Positions 37,270 through 51,947 of a stretch of 64,000 nucleotides of DNA are shown here, one piece after another. The notes below the pieces were generated by a model, which saw only the letters and a list, made by a program, of their open reading frames with translations, was not told the DNA's origin and searched no databases. Made by a program: the position numbers and the translations under genes. Origin of the DNA: an uncultured Actinomycetota bacterium (GTDB taxonomy: Bacteria > Actinomycetota > Actinomycetes > JAHEKZ01); contig CAVURN010000001.1 of NCBI GenBank assembly GCA_963743915.1, positions 160,001 to 224,000 of the forward strand. The letters are read 5' to 3'. Each line of letters begins with the position of its first letter. Positions within the stretch are counted from its first letter, which is position 1.

Positions 37270-37584
37270 ATGACGACCATGAGCGAGAGCCCGGACGGCG
37301 TCGACGTGCTGCAGGCCGGTGCCCTCGGCAGGCGTACCGAGGGCACCGCCGTGCTTGCCCTCGTGCTGGCCGTCGTCTCGTGGATCACCGTGCCCGTGCT
37401 GCTGGCTGTGGCCGCCCTGCTCGTGGCGCGGTCGGCGGAGCGCGCGATCGCAGCCGACCCCCAGGCCGGGGGTGCCGCGCTCGTCTCGGCGGCCCGCTGG
37501 GTCGCGTGGGTGCAGCTGCTGCTGGTGGGCATGGCGGCCACCTTCGTGGCCGCGTTCGTCCTCGCCCTGTGGGTGGTCCGGTGA
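37270..37584 (+). CDS. Small membrane protein (DUF4190-like)
   Basis: TEGTAVLALVLAVVSW, AERAIAAD...GGAALVSAARW, two hydrophobic segments. Confidence 0.65.
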   Translation: MTTMSESPDGVDVLQAGALGRRTEGTAVLALVLAVVSWITVPVLLAVAALLVARSAERAIAADPQAGGAALVSAARWVAWVQLLLVGMAATFVAAFVLALWVVR

Positions 37585-37607
37585 GGCCGGGGACGGAGGG
37601 CCCCGTT

Positions 37608-37637
37608 TTGACCGGTTGCGGGGCCAGTCGGTAGGCT
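37608..37637 (+). promoter_or_regulatory. rpsL (str operon) promoter
   Basis: TTGACC-N18-TAGGCT. Confidence 0.65.
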
Positions 37638-37795
37638 CAATCCCTGTGCCTGGGTGACACCAGGCTCCCGTGCGTGCCCGCACGTCTCACGGAGTGGCCC
37701 TCGTTGGCGGGAGCCCCTTCGGTGGAGACCGCAGGGCCTCGCATGGTCCCACGTACCGACCCTCCGACTTCGGGTGTCCGTGCTGCGCAAGCGGT

Positions 37796-37821
37796 GCGAC
37801 ACACCCGGCCGCGGGGGTGGG
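37796..37821 (+). repeat. 26-nt leader motif, copy 1 (rpsL leader)
   Basis: GCGACACACCCGGCCGCGGGGGTGGG, 25/26 identical to 42357-42382. Confidence 0.8.
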
Positions 37822-37881
37822 GCGCCCCGCCGGGACGCCTCGCCAGCAGCAGTCCGACGACCGAACGGGAAACACGCACCG

Positions 37882-38256
37882 GTGCCTACGATCCAGCAGC
37901 TGGTCCGCAAGGGCCGCAAGGACAAGGTCGGCAAGACCAAGACGCCCGCCCTGAAGGGCAGCCCGCAGCGCCGTGGCGTCTGCACGCGCGTCTACACGAC
38001 CACCCCGAAGAAGCCGAACTCGGCGCTGCGCAAGGTGGCCCGCGTCCGCCTGACCTCCGGGATCGAGGTCACCGCCTACATCCCCGGGGTCGGTCACAAC
38101 CTGCAGGAGCACTCGATCGTGCTCGTCCGCGGGGGCCGCGTCAAAGACCTCCCTGGCGTGCGGTACAAGATCATCCGTGGGGCGCTCGACACCCAGGGCG
38201 TGAAGAACCGCAAGCAGGCCCGCAGCCGCTACGGCGCGAAGAAGGAGAAGAGCTAA
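37882..38256 (+). CDS. rpsL: 30S ribosomal protein S12
   Basis: [32 protein letters not shown]. Confidence 0.99.
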   Translation: MPTIQQLVRKGRKDKVGKTKTPALKGSPQRRGVCTRVYTTTPKKPNSALRKVARVRLTSGIEVTAYIPGVGHNLQEHSIVLVRGGRVKDLPGVRYKIIRGALDTQGVKNRKQARSRYGAKKEKS

Positions 38257-38726
38257 TGCCCCGCAAGGGCCCAGCCCCGAAGCACCCGGTCGTCGCCGAC
38301 CCGGTCTACAACAACCCGATCGTCACTGCTCTGATCAACAAGATCCTGGTCGACGGCAAGCGCTCGACCGCGCAGAAGATCGTGTACGGAGCCCTCGAGG
38401 GCTGCCGTGCCAAGACGGGTACCGACCCGGTCGTCACGCTCAAGCGGGCCCTGGACAACGTCAAGCCCACCCTCGAGGTCCGCAGCCGCCGCGTGGGCGG
38501 TGCCACCTACCAGGTGCCGGTCGAGGTCAAGCCCGGCCGCAGCACCACCCTCGCCATCCGTTGGCTCGTCATGTACTCGCGCCAGCGTCGTGAGAAGACC
38601 ATGACCGAGCGCCTCATGAACGAGCTGCTGGACGCGTCCAACGGCCTCGGCGCCTCGGTGAAGCGTCGCGAGGACACCCACAAGATGGCCGAGTCCAACA
38701 AGGCCTTCGCGCACTACCGCTGGTAG
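38256..38726 (+). CDS. rpsG: 30S ribosomal protein S7
   Basis: [24 protein letters not shown]. Confidence 0.99.
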   Translation: MPRKGPAPKHPVVADPVYNNPIVTALINKILVDGKRSTAQKIVYGALEGCRAKTGTDPVVTLKRALDNVKPTLEVRSRRVGGATYQVPVEVKPGRSTTLAIRWLVMYSRQRREKTMTERLMNELLDASNGLGASVKRREDTHKMAESNKAFAHYRW

Positions 38727-38787
38727 GCCGCCACCCTGGCAGCCGGCCCCCGCCCCTGATCCACTCGACCGACGGAGATCTGCGACC

Positions 38788-40890
<2,103 letters not shown>

Positions 40891-40963
40891 CGACCACAGT
40901 TCACCCACCCCATCCAGACCTACGTCGAACGGCGTAAGAAAACCAGTCCAGAGGAGGACTCCA

Positions 40964-42157
40964 GTGGCGAAGGCCAAGTTCGAGCGGACCAAGCCGCACG
41001 TCAACATTGGCACCATTGGCCACATCGACCACGGTAAGACGACTCTGACCGCGGCGATCACCAAGGTGCTGCACGACAAGTACCCCGACCTCAACCCCTT
41101 CACGCCGTTCGACCAGATCGACAAGGCCCCTGAAGAGCGCGAGCGCGGGATCACCATCTCGATCGCTCACGTCGAGTACCAGACCGAGAACCGGCACTAC
41201 GCGCACGTCGACTGCCCCGGTCACGCCGACTACATCAAGAACATGATCACCGGCGCGGCTCAGATGGACGGGGCGATCCTCGTGGTTGCCGCGACCGACG
41301 GCCCCATGCCGCAGACCAAGGAGCACGTCCTCCTGGCCCGCCAGGTGGGCGTCCCCTCGATCGTCGTGGCGCTCAACAAGTCCGACATGGTCGACGACGA
41401 GGAGATCCTCGAGCTCGTCGAGCTGGAGGTTCGCGAGCTCCTCAGCGAGTACGAGTACCCGGGCGACGACATCCCGATCGTGCGCGTCTCGGCGCTGAAG
41501 GCGCTCGAGGGCGACGCCGAGTGGGGCGACAAGCTCATGGAGCTGATGAACGCGGTCGACGAGTCGATCCCCACCCCGGTCCGGGAGACCGAGAAGCCCT
41601 TCCTCATGCCCGTCGAGGACGTGTTCACGATCACCGGTCGCGGCACGGTCGTCACCGGCCGGATCGAGCGCGGCATCGTCAAGGTCAACGAGGACGTCGA
41701 GATCGTCGGCATCCGGCCGGAGAGCACCAAGACGACGGTCACCGGCATCGAGATGTTCCGCAAGCTGCTCGACGAGGGTCAGGCCGGTGAGAACGTCGGC
41801 CTGCTCATCCGTGGCATCAAGCGTGAGGACGTCGAGCGCGGCCAGGTCGTCGTGAAGCCCGGCACCACCACCCCGCACACCAACTTCGAGGCGAACGTGT
41901 ACATCCTCTCGAAGGACGAGGGCGGTCGGCACACGCCGTTCTTCAACAACTACCGTCCGCAGTTCTACTTCCGCACCACGGACGTCACCGGTGTGGTGAC
42001 CCTCCCCGAGGGCACCGAGATGGTCATGCCGGGCGACAACACCGAGATGTCGGTCGAGCTGATCCAGCCCATCGCCATGGACGAGGGTCTGCGGTTCGCC
42101 ATCCGCGAGGGTGGACGCACCGTCGGCGCCGGCCGGGTGACCAAGATCATCAAGTAG
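40964..42157 (+). CDS. tuf: Elongation factor Tu
   Basis: [31 protein letters not shown]. Confidence 0.99.
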   Translation: MAKAKFERTKPHVNIGTIGHIDHGKTTLTAAITKVLHDKYPDLNPFTPFDQIDKAPEERERGITISIAHVEYQTENRHYAHVDCPGHADYIKNMITGAAQMDGAILVVAATDGPMPQTKEHVLLARQVGVPSIVVALNKSDMVDDEEILELVELEVRELLSEYEYPGDDIPIVRVSALKALEGDAEWGDKLMELMNAVDESIPTPVRETEKPFLMPVEDVFTITGRGTVVTGRIERGIVKVNEDVEIVGIRPESTKTTVTGIEMFRKLLDEGQAGENVGLLIRGIKREDVERGQVVVKPGTTTPHTNFEANVYILSKDEGGRHTPFFNNYRPQFYFRTTDVTGVVTLPEGTEMVMPGDNTEMSVELIQPIAMDEGLRFAIREGGRTVGAGRVTKIIK

Positions 42158-42356
42158 GCAATTCGCTCTACCCAGCCCCTTGGGGCTATCCTGTCCAGGT
42201 TGCTTGGGCAGGGTCCGGGCCTGACTGGTCGGTCGCGAGACCGACCGGGGCCCGGACCCTGACCCGGCGCCCGGCACCCGCCGGGCTCCGAACCCCCCGT
42301 CCCGAACCCTCCGGCCCTCCCGGCTGAAGGTCGTGGGACGTCTGTGTGCGCAGGCC

Positions 42357-42382
42357 GCGACACACCCGACCGCGGGGGTGGG
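42357..42382 (+). repeat. 26-nt leader motif, copy 2 (rpsJ leader)
   Basis: GCGACACACCCGACCGCGGGGGTGGG. Confidence 0.8.
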
Positions 42383-42471
42383 AGCATTCGAGCAGGGCGA
42401 CACCCGTCGTCCGCGCTCACCGGCTGCCAGCAGCGGCACCCACGGCTAAGAGAAGGATTTCGGGAAACGAC

Positions 42472-42780
42472 ATGGCGGGACAGAAGATCCGCATCCGGCT
42501 GAAGGCGTATGACCACGAGGTCATCGACTCCTCGGCCCGGAAGATCGTCGAGACGGCCACCCGCACGGGTGCGCAGGTCGCCGGACCGGTGCCGTTGCCG
42601 ACGGAGAAGAACGTCTTCGTCGTCATCCGGTCGCCGCACAAGTACAAGGACAGCCGCGAGCACTTCGAGATGCGCACGCACAAGCGGCTGATCGACATCA
42701 TCGACCCGACGCCGAAGACCGTCGACTCGCTCATGCGACTCGATCTTCCGGCGGGCGTCGACATCGAGATCAAGCTCTAG
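42472..42780 (+). CDS. rpsJ: 30S ribosomal protein S10
   Basis: [30 protein letters not shown]. Confidence 0.99.
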   Translation: MAGQKIRIRLKAYDHEVIDSSARKIVETATRTGAQVAGPVPLPTEKNVFVVIRSPHKYKDSREHFEMRTHKRLIDIIDPTPKTVDSLMRLDLPAGVDIEIKL

Positions 42781-42794
42781 AGGGACGCGGAAGC

Positions 42795-43445
42795 ATGACT
42801 AAGAACGTGAAGGGAATCCTGGGCGAGAAGCTCGGGATGACCCAGGTCTGGGACGAGAACAACAAGGTCGTCCCCGTGACCGTCGTCAAGGCTGGGCCCT
42901 GTGTGGTCACCCAGGTGCGCTCGGCCGACGTCGACGGGTACTCCGCCGTCCAGCTCGGGTTCGGCCAGATCGACCCGCGCAAGGTCAACAAGCCCGAGGC
43001 CGGGCACTACGCGAAGGCCGGAGTGACCCCTCGACGTCATCTGGTCGAGCTGCGCACCGACGACGCGTCGGAGTACACGGTGGGCCAGGAGCTCGGTCCG
43101 GACGTCTTCGAGGCGGGTCAGACCGTCGACGTGGCAGGCACGTCGAAGGGCAAGGGCTTCGCCGGGACGATGAAGCGCCACAACTTCAAGGGCGTGAGCG
43201 CCAGCCACGGTGCGCACCGCAACCACCGCAAGCCCGGGTCCATCGGCGCCGGCTCCACACCGAGCCGCGTCTTCAAGGGTCTGAAGATGTCCGGCCGCAT
43301 GGGTGGTGACTCGGTGACCACCCAGAACCTGACCGTGCACGCCGTCGACACCGACAAGGGACTGCTCCTGATCAAGGGCGCCATTCCCGGGTCCGTGGGC
43401 AGCCTCGTCTTCGTCAAGACAGCCGCGAAGGGAGCCGGCCAGTGA
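42795..43445 (+). CDS. rplC: 50S ribosomal protein L3
   Basis: [24 protein letters not shown]. Confidence 0.98.
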   Translation: MTKNVKGILGEKLGMTQVWDENNKVVPVTVVKAGPCVVTQVRSADVDGYSAVQLGFGQIDPRKVNKPEAGHYAKAGVTPRRHLVELRTDDASEYTVGQELGPDVFEAGQTVDVAGTSKGKGFAGTMKRHNFKGVSASHGAHRNHRKPGSIGAGSTPSRVFKGLKMSGRMGGDSVTTQNLTVHAVDTDKGLLLIKGAIPGSVGSLVFVKTAAKGAGQ

Positions 43446-44158
43446 CCACTCTCGACGTCACGACCCCCGCAGGCAGCAAGGCGGGCACCGTCGACCTCCC
43501 GGCCGAGGTGTTCGACGTACAGGTGAACATCCCGCTGATCCACCAGGTGGTCGTCGCCCAGCTCGCTGCCGCACGTCAGGGCACGCACTCGACCAAGACC
43601 CGCGGCGAGGTCGCCGGCGGTGGCCGCAAGCCCTACCGCCAGAAAGGCACCGGTCGCGCTCGCCAGGGCTCCATCCGGGCCCCCCAGTTCGCCGGTGGTG
43701 GTGTGGTGCACGGCCCCACGCCTCGCAGCTACGAGCAGCGCACTCCCAAGAAGATGAAGGTGGCTGCCCTGCGCGGCGCCCTCTCGGACCGGGCACGCGA
43801 CGGTCGGGTGCACGTCGTCAGCGCGGTCGTCGACGGTGAGACTCCCTCGACCAAGGCGGCAGCGGCGACGATCGAGCGGCTGTCGAGCCGCAAGAACGTG
43901 CTGGTGGTGCTCGAGCGCGGCAACGACGTCGCCTGGCTCAGCCTGCGCAACCTGGTCAACATCCACATCGTCACCCCTGACCAGCTCAACACGTACGACG
44001 TCCTCGTCAGCGACGACGTGGTGTTCACCCAAGCTGCGCTCGAGGCGCTGTTGGCCGGCCCCGTCCGTGGCAAGTCGGCGAAGGCCGTGGCGACCTCGAC
44101 CGAGGTGGCGCACGCCGAGCCTGTGGACGAGACAGCTGATGAGGAGGCCCCGGCATGA
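43442..44158 (+). CDS. rplD: 50S ribosomal protein L4
   Basis: [25 protein letters not shown]. Confidence 0.98.
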   Translation: MTTLDVTTPAGSKAGTVDLPAEVFDVQVNIPLIHQVVVAQLAAARQGTHSTKTRGEVAGGGRKPYRQKGTGRARQGSIRAPQFAGGGVVHGPTPRSYEQRTPKKMKVAALRGALSDRARDGRVHVVSAVVDGETPSTKAAAATIERLSSRKNVLVVLERGNDVAWLSLRNLVNIHIVTPDQLNTYDVLVSDDVVFTQAALEALLAGPVRGKSAKAVATSTEVAHAEPVDETADEEAPA

Positions 44159-44463
44159 CCGCCGCCGTCCAGAAGGACCCACGCGACGTCCTGCTCAAGC
44201 CGGTGATCTCGGAGAAGAGCTACGGCCTGCTCGACGAGAACAAGTACACCTTCGAGGTGCACCCCGACTCCAACAAGACCGAGATCAAGATCGCGGTCGA
44301 GAAGGTCTTCGGGGTCACCGTCACCAGCGTCAACACCCTCAACCGGCAGGGCAAGCAGCGTCGGACGCGCTTCGGCATGGGTAAGCGCAAGAACACCAAG
44401 CGAGCCATCGTCACCGTGGCACCCGGTGACCGCATCGACATCTTCGGCGGTCCGGTCTCCTGA
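44155..44463 (+). CDS. rplW: 50S ribosomal protein L23
   Basis: [23 protein letters not shown]. Confidence 0.97.
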   Translation: MTAAVQKDPRDVLLKPVISEKSYGLLDENKYTFEVHPDSNKTEIKIAVEKVFGVTVTSVNTLNRQGKQRRTRFGMGKRKNTKRAIVTVAPGDRIDIFGGPVS

Positions 44464-44493
44464 CCGGCCAGAGACAAGGACTGAGAACGAGTC

Positions 44494-45327
44494 ATGGGAA
44501 TCCGTAAGTACAAGCCGACAACGCCGGGCCGTCGTGGCTCGAGCGTGGCCGACTTCGTCGAGGTCACCCGCTCCGAGCCGGAGAAGTCGCTCGTGCGTCC
44601 GCTGCCCAAGAAGGGTGGCCGCAACGCGTCGGGCCGCATCACCGCCCGCCACCAGGGTGGTGGGCACAAGCGCGCCTACCGCGTCATCGACTTCCGGCGC
44701 GCCGACAAGGACGGCGTCCCGGCGAAGGTCGCGCACATCGAGTACGACCCCAACCGGACCGCACGGATCGCGCTCCTGCACTACGCCGACGGTGAGAAGC
44801 GCTACATCCTGGCGCCGAACAAGCTCAAGCAGGGCGACACCGTCGAGAACGGCGCCAGCGCCGACATCAAGCCGGGCAACTCGCTGCCTCTGCGCAACAT
44901 CCCGGTCGGCACCGTGGTGCACGCCGTCGAGCTTCGCCCGGGAGGCGGCGCCAAGCTGGCTCGCTCCGCCGGCTCGAGCATCCAGCTCGTCGCCAAGGAG
45001 GGGCCCTACGCACAGCTGCGTCTGCCGTCCGGTGAGATCCGCAACGTCGACGTGCGCTCCCGCGCCACCGTCGGCGAGGTGGGCAACGCCGAGCAGTCGA
45101 ACATCAACTGGGGCAAGGCCGGTCGTATGCGCTGGAAGGGCAAGCGCCCGACCGTGCGCGGTGTGGCCATGAACCCGGTCGACCACCCGCACGGTGGTGG
45201 TGAGGGCAAGACCTCCGGGGGTCGCCACCCGGTCTCGCCGTGGGGCCAGCCCGAGGGTCGAACCCGTCAAAAGGGCAAGGCCAGCGACAAGTACATCGTC
45301 CGCCGCCGCAAGAACAAGAAGCGCTAG
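44494..45327 (+). CDS. rplB: 50S ribosomal protein L2
   Basis: [30 protein letters not shown]. Confidence 0.99.
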   Translation: MGIRKYKPTTPGRRGSSVADFVEVTRSEPEKSLVRPLPKKGGRNASGRITARHQGGGHKRAYRVIDFRRADKDGVPAKVAHIEYDPNRTARIALLHYADGEKRYILAPNKLKQGDTVENGASADIKPGNSLPLRNIPVGTVVHAVELRPGGGAKLARSAGSSIQLVAKEGPYAQLRLPSGEIRNVDVRSRATVGEVGNAEQSNINWGKAGRMRWKGKRPTVRGVAMNPVDHPHGGGEGKTSGGRHPVSPWGQPEGRTRQKGKASDKYIVRRRKNKKR

Positions 45328-45339
45328 GAGTCACCACCG

Positions 45340-45621
45340 ATGCCGCGCAGTCTGAAGAAGGGTCCCTTCGTGGACGACCACCTCGCCAAGAAGGTGGACG
45401 CCCAGAACGAGGCAGGCACCCGCAACGTCATCAAGACGTGGTCCCGGCGCTCGATGATCGTGCCGTCCATGATCGGGCACACGATCGCCGTGCACGACGG
45501 CCGCAAGCACGTGCCGGTGTTCATCACCGACGCGATGGTCGGTCACAAGCTCGGTGAGTTCGCGCCCACCCGTACCTTCCGTGGTCACGAGAAGGACGAC
45601 CGGAAGGGTCGACGTCGCTGA
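45340..45621 (+). CDS. rpsS: 30S ribosomal protein S19
   Basis: [23 protein letters not shown]. Confidence 0.99.
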   Translation: MPRSLKKGPFVDDHLAKKVDAQNEAGTRNVIKTWSRRSMIVPSMIGHTIAVHDGRKHVPVFITDAMVGHKLGEFAPTRTFRGHEKDDRKGRRR

Positions 45622-45998
45622 TGCCTACGACTCCCACGACGCTCAGTGCCCGCAGCACCGCGAGGTTCGTCCGGATCACGCCGCAGAAGGCGCGCCGCAT
45701 GGTCGACCTGATCCGTGGCCTGCCCGCGGCTGAGGCGCAGACCGTTCTGCGTTTCGCCCCCCAGGCCGCCAGCGAGCCGGTGGGCAAGGTCCTTGCCTCC
45801 GCGATCGCCAACGCCGAGAACAACCACGGCATGAACACCGATGCGCTCGTCGTCAGTGCCGCCTACGTCGACGAGGGCCCGACGCTCAAGCGGTTCCGCC
45901 CTCGGGCTCAGGGCCGGGCGTACCGCATCCGCAAGCGCACCAGTCACATCACCGTCGTCGTGTCCGAGGACACGACGCCTGCAGGAAAGAAGGGCTGA
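45621..45998 (+). CDS. rplV: 50S ribosomal protein L22
   Basis: [31 protein letters not shown]. Confidence 0.98.
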   Translation: MPTTPTTLSARSTARFVRITPQKARRMVDLIRGLPAAEAQTVLRFAPQAASEPVGKVLASAIANAENNHGMNTDALVVSAAYVDEGPTLKRFRPRAQGRAYRIRKRTSHITVVVSEDTTPAGKKG

Positions 45999-46000
45999 CC

Positions 46001-46813
46001 GTGGGTCAGAAGGTCAACCCGCACGGGTTCCGTCTCGGCATCACCTCCGAGTACACCTCGCGGTGGTACGCCGACAAGGGCTACAAGGACTACATCAAGG
46101 AGGATGTGGCCATCCGCCGCATGCTCTCCACCGGCATGGAGCGGGCCGGCATCAGCCGGGTCGACATCGAGCGCACGCGTGACCGCGTCCGGGTCGACAT
46201 CCACACCGCGCGCCCGGGCATCGTCATCGGCCGCCGCGGCGCCGAGGCCGACCGCATCCGTGGCGACCTCGAGAAGCTCACGGGCAAGCAGGTGCAGCTG
46301 AACATCCTCGAGGTGAAGAACCCAGAGATCGACGCGCAGCTGGTGGCCCAGGGTGTGGCTGAGCAGCTCTCGAGCCGTGTCTCGTTCCGCCGCGCCATGC
46401 GCAAGGCGATCCAGAGCGCGATGAAGGCCGGCGCCAAGGGCATCCGCGTGCAGGTCAGCGGTCGGCTCGGAGGCGCGGAGATGTCCCGCACCGAGTTCTA
46501 CCGCGAGGGCCGCGTCCCGCTGCACACGCTGCGAGCCGACATCGACTACGGCTTCTACGAGGCGCGCACCACGTTCGGCCGGATCGGCGTGAAGGTGTGG
46601 ATCTACAAGGGGGACGTCACCGGCTCCCGCGCCGAGCGCGAGGCGGCCGCGGCCGCTGCTCGGATCAGCCAGCGCGGTGCGCGTCCGGCGCGCGGCACCC
46701 GTCCCGCGTCCCGCGGTCGCGAGGACGCCCCGGTCGCCGAGACTCCCGCCGAGGCTCCGGTTGCGGCTCCGGCCGCGACCCCAGCCACCGACGAGACCCC
46801 GACGGAGGCCTAG
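46001..46813 (+). CDS. rpsC: 30S ribosomal protein S3
   Basis: [33 protein letters not shown]. Confidence 0.99.
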   Translation: MGQKVNPHGFRLGITSEYTSRWYADKGYKDYIKEDVAIRRMLSTGMERAGISRVDIERTRDRVRVDIHTARPGIVIGRRGAEADRIRGDLEKLTGKQVQLNILEVKNPEIDAQLVAQGVAEQLSSRVSFRRAMRKAIQSAMKAGAKGIRVQVSGRLGGAEMSRTEFYREGRVPLHTLRADIDYGFYEARTTFGRIGVKVWIYKGDVTGSRAEREAAAAAARISQRGARPARGTRPASRGREDAPVAETPAEAPVAAPAATPATDETPTEA

Positions 46814-46816
46814 ACC

Positions 46817-47236
46817 ATGCTCATTCCACGACGGGTCAAGCACCGCAAGCAGCACCACCCCTCGCGACGCGGCGTCGCCAAGGGCGGCACCAAGGTGACC
46901 TTCGGCGAGTACGGCATCCAGGCGCTCGAACCGGGCTACATCACCAACCGGCAGATCGAGGCGGCCCGAATCGCCATCACCCGCGCCATCCGGCGTGGCG
47001 GGAAGGTGTGGATCAACATCTACCCGGATCGTCCCCTGACCAAGAAGCCTGCGGAGACCCGCATGGGGTCCGGCAAGGGCTCACCGGAGTGGTGGATCGC
47101 CAACGTCAAGCCCGGTCGCGTCATGTTCGAGCTGTCCGGCGTGCCCGAGCCGCTGGCTCGACAGGCCATGCAGCGGGCGCAGCACAAGCTGCCGATCAAG
47201 ACCCGCTTCGTCAAGCGTGAGGCAGGTGAGCTCTGA
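46817..47236 (+). CDS. rplP: 50S ribosomal protein L16
   Basis: [18 protein letters not shown]. Confidence 0.98.
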   Translation: MLIPRRVKHRKQHHPSRRGVAKGGTKVTFGEYGIQALEPGYITNRQIEAARIAITRAIRRGGKVWINIYPDRPLTKKPAETRMGSGKGSPEWWIANVKPGRVMFELSGVPEPLARQAMQRAQHKLPIKTRFVKREAGEL

Positions 47237-47472
47237 TGGCAGTCGGAACCGCTGCGACGGAGTACCGCGGCCTGGAGACCGAAGAGCTGGTCGAGAAGCT
47301 GGGGGAGGCCAAGGAGGAGTTGTTCAACCTCCGCTTCCAGGCTGCCACGGGGCAGCTGGAGAACCACGGACGCCTTCAGGCCGTCCGTAAGGACATCGCC
47401 CGCATCTACACGGTGCTGCGCGAGCGTGAGCTCGGCATCACCTCGGTCGAGACACCGGAGGGTGCGGCATGA
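47236..47472 (+). CDS. rpmC: 50S ribosomal protein L29
   Basis: [19 protein letters not shown]. Confidence 0.97.
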   Translation: MAVGTAATEYRGLETEELVEKLGEAKEELFNLRFQAATGQLENHGRLQAVRKDIARIYTVLRERELGITSVETPEGAA

Positions 47473-47750
47473 GTGATCAGAAGGCGAGCATGAGCGAGCA
47501 GCGTTCCGCGCGCAAGGTCCGAGAGGGCCTCGTGGTCAGCGACAAGATGGACAAGACCGTGGTCGTCGCGGTCGAGGACCGTGTCAAGCACCCGCTCTAC
47601 GGCAAGGTCGTGCGGCGCACGAACAAGCTCAAGGCGCACGACGAGAGCAACTCGGCCGGCGTCGGTGACCGCGTGCTGCTGATGGAGACCCGCCCGCTGA
47701 GCAGGTCGAAGCGCTGGCGCCTGGTCGAGATCCTCGAGAAGGCGAAGTAG
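47469..47750 (+). CDS. rpsQ: 30S ribosomal protein S17
   Basis: [21 protein letters not shown]. Confidence 0.98.
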   Translation: MSDQKASMSEQRSARKVREGLVVSDKMDKTVVVAVEDRVKHPLYGKVVRRTNKLKAHDESNSAGVGDRVLLMETRPLSRSKRWRLVEILEKAK

Positions 47751-47762
47751 GGAGAAGCTGAC

Positions 47763-48131
47763 GTGATCCAGCAGGAGTCGCGGCTGAAGGTCGCCGACAA
47801 CACTGGTGCCAAGGAGATCTTGTGCATCCGTGTCCTCGGTGGCTCCGGTCGACGCTACGCGGGAATCGGCGACATCATCGTCGCCACGGTCAAGGACGCG
47901 ATCCCCGGTGGCAACGTGAAGAAGGGCGAGGTCGTCAAGGCTGTCGTCGTGCGCACCGCCAAGGAGCGCCGTCGGCCGGACGGTTCCTACATCAAGTTCG
48001 ACGAGAACGCCGCGGTCATCATCAAGGACGGTGGTGACCCGCGCGGCACGCGCATCTTCGGCCCGGTCGGCCGTGAGCTGCGCGACAAGCGCTTCATGCG
48101 GATCATCTCGCTGGCACCGGAGGTGCTCTAG
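47763..48131 (+). CDS. rplN: 50S ribosomal protein L14
   Basis: [30 protein letters not shown]. Confidence 0.99.
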   Translation: MIQQESRLKVADNTGAKEILCIRVLGGSGRRYAGIGDIIVATVKDAIPGGNVKKGEVVKAVVVRTAKERRRPDGSYIKFDENAAVIIKDGGDPRGTRIFGPVGRELRDKRFMRIISLAPEVL

Positions 48132-48133
48132 AC

Positions 48134-48457
48134 ATGCACGTCAAGAAGGGCGACACCGTCATGGTGATCGCAGGCAAGGACAAGGGCGCCGTCGGCAAGG
48201 TGATCGCGGCCATCCCGACGCAGGACCGCGTCATCGTCGAGGGCGTCAACCTGGTCAAGAAGCACACCAAGATCGGCCAGACCAGCCGCGGCGCCAAGAC
48301 CGGCGGCATCATCACCCAAGAGGCATCGATCCACGTGTCGAACGTGCTGCCGGTCGTCAAGGTCGACGGCAAGGACGTCCCGACCCGGGTCGGCTACCGC
48401 GTGGACGAGGACGGCACGAAGGTCCGGATCGCCAAGCGAACCAACGAGGAGCTCTGA
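48134..48457 (+). CDS. rplX: 50S ribosomal protein L24
   Basis: [26 protein letters not shown]. Confidence 0.98.
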   Translation: MHVKKGDTVMVIAGKDKGAVGKVIAAIPTQDRVIVEGVNLVKKHTKIGQTSRGAKTGGIITQEASIHVSNVLPVVKVDGKDVPTRVGYRVDEDGTKVRIAKRTNEEL

Positions 48458-48458
48458 C

Positions 48459-49037
48459 ATGACGACCACTGACAGCTCCTTGGACGCACCAGCAGTGCCC
48501 CGGCTGAAGCAGCGCTACCGCGACGAGATCGTCCCCGCTCTCCGCGAGGAGTTCGGCTACAGCAACGTCATGCAGGTGCCCGGGGTCACGAAGGTCGTCG
48601 TGAACATGGGTGTGGGAGACGCGGCCCGCGACTCCAAGCTCATCGAAGGCGCGATCCGCGACCTCGCGACGATCACCGGTCAGCGTCCCGCGGTCACCAA
48701 GGCCCGCAAGTCGATCGCACAGTTCAAGCTGCGTGAGGGAATGCCGATCGGTGCCCACACGACGCTTCGCGGGGACTACATGTGGGAGTTCCTCGACCGT
48801 CTGCTGTCGGTCGCGCTGCCCCGCATCCGTGACTTCCGCGGCCTGTCGCCCAAGCAGTTCGACGGCAAGGGCAACTACACCTTCGGTCTCAACGAACAGA
48901 GCATGTTCCACGAGATCGATCAGGACTCGATCGACCGGGTCCGCGGCATGGACATCACCGTGGTGACCACCGCCACGACCGACGACGAGGGGCGCGCCTT
49001 GCTGCGCGCTCTCGGCTTCCCCTTCAAGGAGAACTGA
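48459..49037 (+). CDS. rplE: 50S ribosomal protein L5
   Basis: [30 protein letters not shown]. Confidence 0.98.
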   Translation: MTTTDSSLDAPAVPRLKQRYRDEIVPALREEFGYSNVMQVPGVTKVVVNMGVGDAARDSKLIEGAIRDLATITGQRPAVTKARKSIAQFKLREGMPIGAHTTLRGDYMWEFLDRLLSVALPRIRDFRGLSPKQFDGKGNYTFGLNEQSMFHEIDQDSIDRVRGMDITVVTTATTDDEGRALLRALGFPFKEN

Positions 49038-49039
49038 GC

Positions 49040-49225
49040 GTGGCCAAGAAGGCGCTAGTCAACAAGGCGGCCCGCAAGCCGAAGTTCGGTGTGCGCGCCT
49101 ACACACGGTGCAGCGTGTGCGGTCGCCCGCACTCGGTGTACCGCAAGTTCGGTCTCTGCCGCGTGTGCCTGCGCAACATGGCGCACCGTGGCGAGCTTCC
49201 CGGCGTCACCAAGAGCAGCTGGTAA
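49040..49225 (+). CDS. rpsN: 30S ribosomal protein S14 type Z (Zn-binding)
   Basis: RCSVCGRP...[14 protein letters not shown], 61 aa. Confidence 0.97.
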   Translation: MAKKALVNKAARKPKFGVRAYTRCSVCGRPHSVYRKFGLCRVCLRNMAHRGELPGVTKSSW

Positions 49226-49280
49226 CACCCATCCCCACGCCGTAGGTCCGCGGAAACCGCGGCGAGAGAGAGCACACACC

Positions 49281-49685
49281 ATGACGATGACTGACCCGAT
49301 CGCAGACATGCTGACGCGTCTGCGCAATGCCAACTCGGCGTTCCACGAAGACGTCGCCATGCCCTCGAGCAAAATCAAGCAGGGCATCGCGCAGATCCTG
49401 AAGGACCAGGGCTACGTCAAGGACTGGCGTGTCCAGAGCGACGAGGGCGCGCCCGGCGAGACGCTGGTGATCGACCTCAAGTTCGGTCCGCAGCGCGAGC
49501 GTTCCATCGCCGGTATCCGCCGCATCTCCAAGCCGGGGCTGCGCGTGTACGCCAAGGCGACCGCGATGCCACGGGTTCTCGGTGGTCTGGGGATCGCCAT
49601 CATCTCGACCTCCTCGGGTCTGATGACCGACAAGCAGGCGACCAAGAAGGGCGTGGGTGGGGAAGTCCTCGCCTACGTCTGGTGA
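49281..49685 (+). CDS. rpsH: 30S ribosomal protein S8
   Basis: [32 protein letters not shown]. Confidence 0.98.
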   Translation: MTMTDPIADMLTRLRNANSAFHEDVAMPSSKIKQGIAQILKDQGYVKDWRVQSDEGAPGETLVIDLKFGPQRERSIAGIRRISKPGLRVYAKATAMPRVLGGLGIAIISTSSGLMTDKQATKKGVGGEVLAYVW

Positions 49686-49697
49686 CGGGGGTCTGAC

Positions 49698-50237
49698 ATG
49701 TCACGCATCGGAAAGCTCCCCATCACCCTCCCCACCGGGGTCGACGTCGCCATCGAGGGCCAGGACGTGACGGTCAAGGGGCCGAAGGGGTCCCTGAGCC
49801 ACACGATCGCAGAGCCGTTGACGGTCGAGCGCACCGAGTCCGGCGATCTGCTGGTCAATCGTCCCAACGACGAGCGTCTGGCCAAGTCGCTGCATGGGCT
49901 CACCCGTACGCTCGTGGCCAACATGGTCACGGGCGTCACCGAGGGCTACGAGAAGAAGCTCGAGATCGTCGGCGTCGGCTACCGCGTCACGGCCAAGGGC
50001 AAGGACCTCGAGTTCGCCGTCGGCTACAGCCACCCCGTGGTCGTCACCCCACCAGAGGGCATCTCGTTCGCCGTGGAGAGCCCCACCAAGTTCTCGGTCG
50101 CAGGTATCGACAAGCAGCAGGTGGGCCAGGTGGCGGCGAACATCCGCAAGATCCGCAAGCCCGAGCCCTACAAGGGCAAAGGCATCCGGTACGCCGGAGA
50201 GCACGTCCGCCGCAAGGTCGGAAAGGCTGGTAAGTAG
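49698..50237 (+). CDS. rplF: 50S ribosomal protein L6
   Basis: [25 protein letters not shown]. Confidence 0.98.
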   Translation: MSRIGKLPITLPTGVDVAIEGQDVTVKGPKGSLSHTIAEPLTVERTESGDLLVNRPNDERLAKSLHGLTRTLVANMVTGVTEGYEKKLEIVGVGYRVTAKGKDLEFAVGYSHPVVVTPPEGISFAVESPTKFSVAGIDKQQVGQVAANIRKIRKPEPYKGKGIRYAGEHVRRKVGKAGK

Positions 50238-50239
50238 TC

Positions 50240-50620
50240 ATGGCCATCACCACCAAGCCAGGGCGCCGCACGGCACGGCAGGCGTCACGATCCCGTCGGC
50301 ACCTGCGGGTCCGCAAGAAGGTCGAAGGCACCACCGCGCGTCCGCGCATGGTGGTCAACCGTTCGGCCCGCCATGTGTTCGTCCAGGTGATCGACGACTC
50401 AGTGGGACGCACGCTCGCCTCTGCCTCGAGCATGGAAGCCGACCTGCGCTCGTTGGAGGGCGACAAGACCGCCAAGGCCCGCAAGGTGGGGTCACTGGTG
50501 GCCGAGCGAGCCAAAGCGGCAGGCATCGATGCCGTCGTCTTCGACCGCGGCGGCAACCGGTACACCGGGCGGGTCGCGGCGATCGCCGACGGCGCGCGTG
50601 AAGCCGGACTGAACTTCTGA
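50240..50620 (+). CDS. rplR: 50S ribosomal protein L18
   Basis: GTTARPR, VVFDRGG, AREAGL. Confidence 0.98.
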   Translation: MAITTKPGRRTARQASRSRRHLRVRKKVEGTTARPRMVVNRSARHVFVQVIDDSVGRTLASASSMEADLRSLEGDKTAKARKVGSLVAERAKAAGIDAVVFDRGGNRYTGRVAAIADGAREAGLNF

Positions 50621-50651
50621 TCCCGACCATCGAAGAAGAGGAAGCATCCAC

Positions 50652-51245
50652 ATGAGCAGCGCACCATCGCGCCGCGGCAGTGCCGGGGGCAACGAGCGTC
50701 GCGGACGCCGCGGCGATGCCGCCGACAAGACGCCGTACGTCGAGCGCGTCGTCGCCATCAACCGTGTGGCCAAGGTGGTCAAGGGTGGTCGTCGGTTCTC
50801 CTTCACCGCCCTCGTCGTGGTCGGTGACGGTGATGGAACCGTCGGCGTCGGCTACGGCAAGGCCAAGGAGGTCCCGGCCGCCATCGCCAAGGGCGTCGAG
50901 GAGGCCAAGAAGAGTTTCTTCAAGGTTCCGCGGATCCAGGGCACCATCCCGCACCCGGTGCAGGGTGAGGACGCAGCGGGCGTCGTCCTGCTCAAGCCCG
51001 CCGCACCTGGTACCGGTGTGATCGCCGGCGGTCCGGTTCGAGCGGTGCTCGAGGCAGCCGGAATCCACGACGTGCTGTCCAAGTCGCTCGGGTCGTCCAA
51101 CGCGATCAACATCGTCCACGCGACCGTGACTGCGCTGAAAGGTCTGGAACGCCCCGAAGCAGTGGCCGCACGTCGCGGGCTGCCGCTCGAGGATGTGGCA
51201 CCGGAGGGTCTGCTCCGGGCTCGTGCCGCGGGGATGAGCTCCTGA
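50652..51245 (+). CDS. rpsE: 30S ribosomal protein S5
   Basis: [22 protein letters not shown]. Confidence 0.98.
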   Translation: MSSAPSRRGSAGGNERRGRRGDAADKTPYVERVVAINRVAKVVKGGRRFSFTALVVVGDGDGTVGVGYGKAKEVPAAIAKGVEEAKKSFFKVPRIQGTIPHPVQGEDAAGVVLLKPAAPGTGVIAGGPVRAVLEAAGIHDVLSKSLGSSNAINIVHATVTALKGLERPEAVAARRGLPLEDVAPEGLLRARAAGMSS

Positions 51246-51427
51246 TGGGCCGGCTGAAGGTCACCCAGAAGAAGTCCACCATCGGCGGCACCAGCAGCCA
51301 GCGGCACTCGCTGCGGTCGCTGGGCCTGAAGCGCATCGGCGACGTCGTCGTCAAGGAGGACCGCCCTGAGATCCGGGGCATGGTCAACACGGTGTCGCAC
51401 CTCGTCACCGTCGAGGAGGTCGACTGA
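51245..51427 (+). CDS. rpmD: 50S ribosomal protein L30
   Basis: [20 protein letters not shown]. Confidence 0.96.
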   Translation: MGRLKVTQKKSTIGGTSSQRHSLRSLGLKRIGDVVVKEDRPEIRGMVNTVSHLVTVEEVD

Positions 51428-51428
51428 C

Positions 51429-51869
51429 ATGACACTCAAGGTCCACCACCTGCGTCCGGCGCCCGGCGCCAAGACGCCGAAGACCCGAGTGGGTCGCGGT
51501 GAAGGCTCCAAGGGCAAGACAGCCGGCCGCGGCACCAAGGGCACCAAGGCCCGGTACCAGGTTCCCGCCAACTTCGAGGGTGGGCAGATGCCGCTGCACA
51601 TGCGGCTGCCCAAGCTTCGTGGCTTCAAGAACCCGAACAAGGTCGAGTTCCAGGTCGTCAACCTCGCCAAGCTCTCCGAGCTCTTCCCGGAGGGTGGCCA
51701 GGTCGGCGTCGCCGAGCTGGTGGCAGCCGGTGCAGTGCGCAAGGGGCGTCCGGTCAAGATTCTCGGCAACGGTGACCTCACGGTCGCCGTCGAGGTGACG
51801 GCGCACGCGTTCTCCGAGACGGCCAAGACCAAGATCGCCGCCGCCGGCGGATCCACCACCGAGCTGTAG
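51429..51869 (+). CDS. rplO: 50S ribosomal protein L15
   Basis: [30 protein letters not shown]. Confidence 0.98.
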   Translation: MTLKVHHLRPAPGAKTPKTRVGRGEGSKGKTAGRGTKGTKARYQVPANFEGGQMPLHMRLPKLRGFKNPNKVEFQVVNLAKLSELFPEGGQVGVAELVAAGAVRKGRPVKILGNGDLTVAVEVTAHAFSETAKTKIAAAGGSTTEL

Positions 51870-51947
51870 GGCTCACCGGCAACCGATCCCGTCCGAGGTC
51901 GGCTGTTAGGGTCCCTGGCACGACCATCCGCGGGAGGACCAGCTGTG

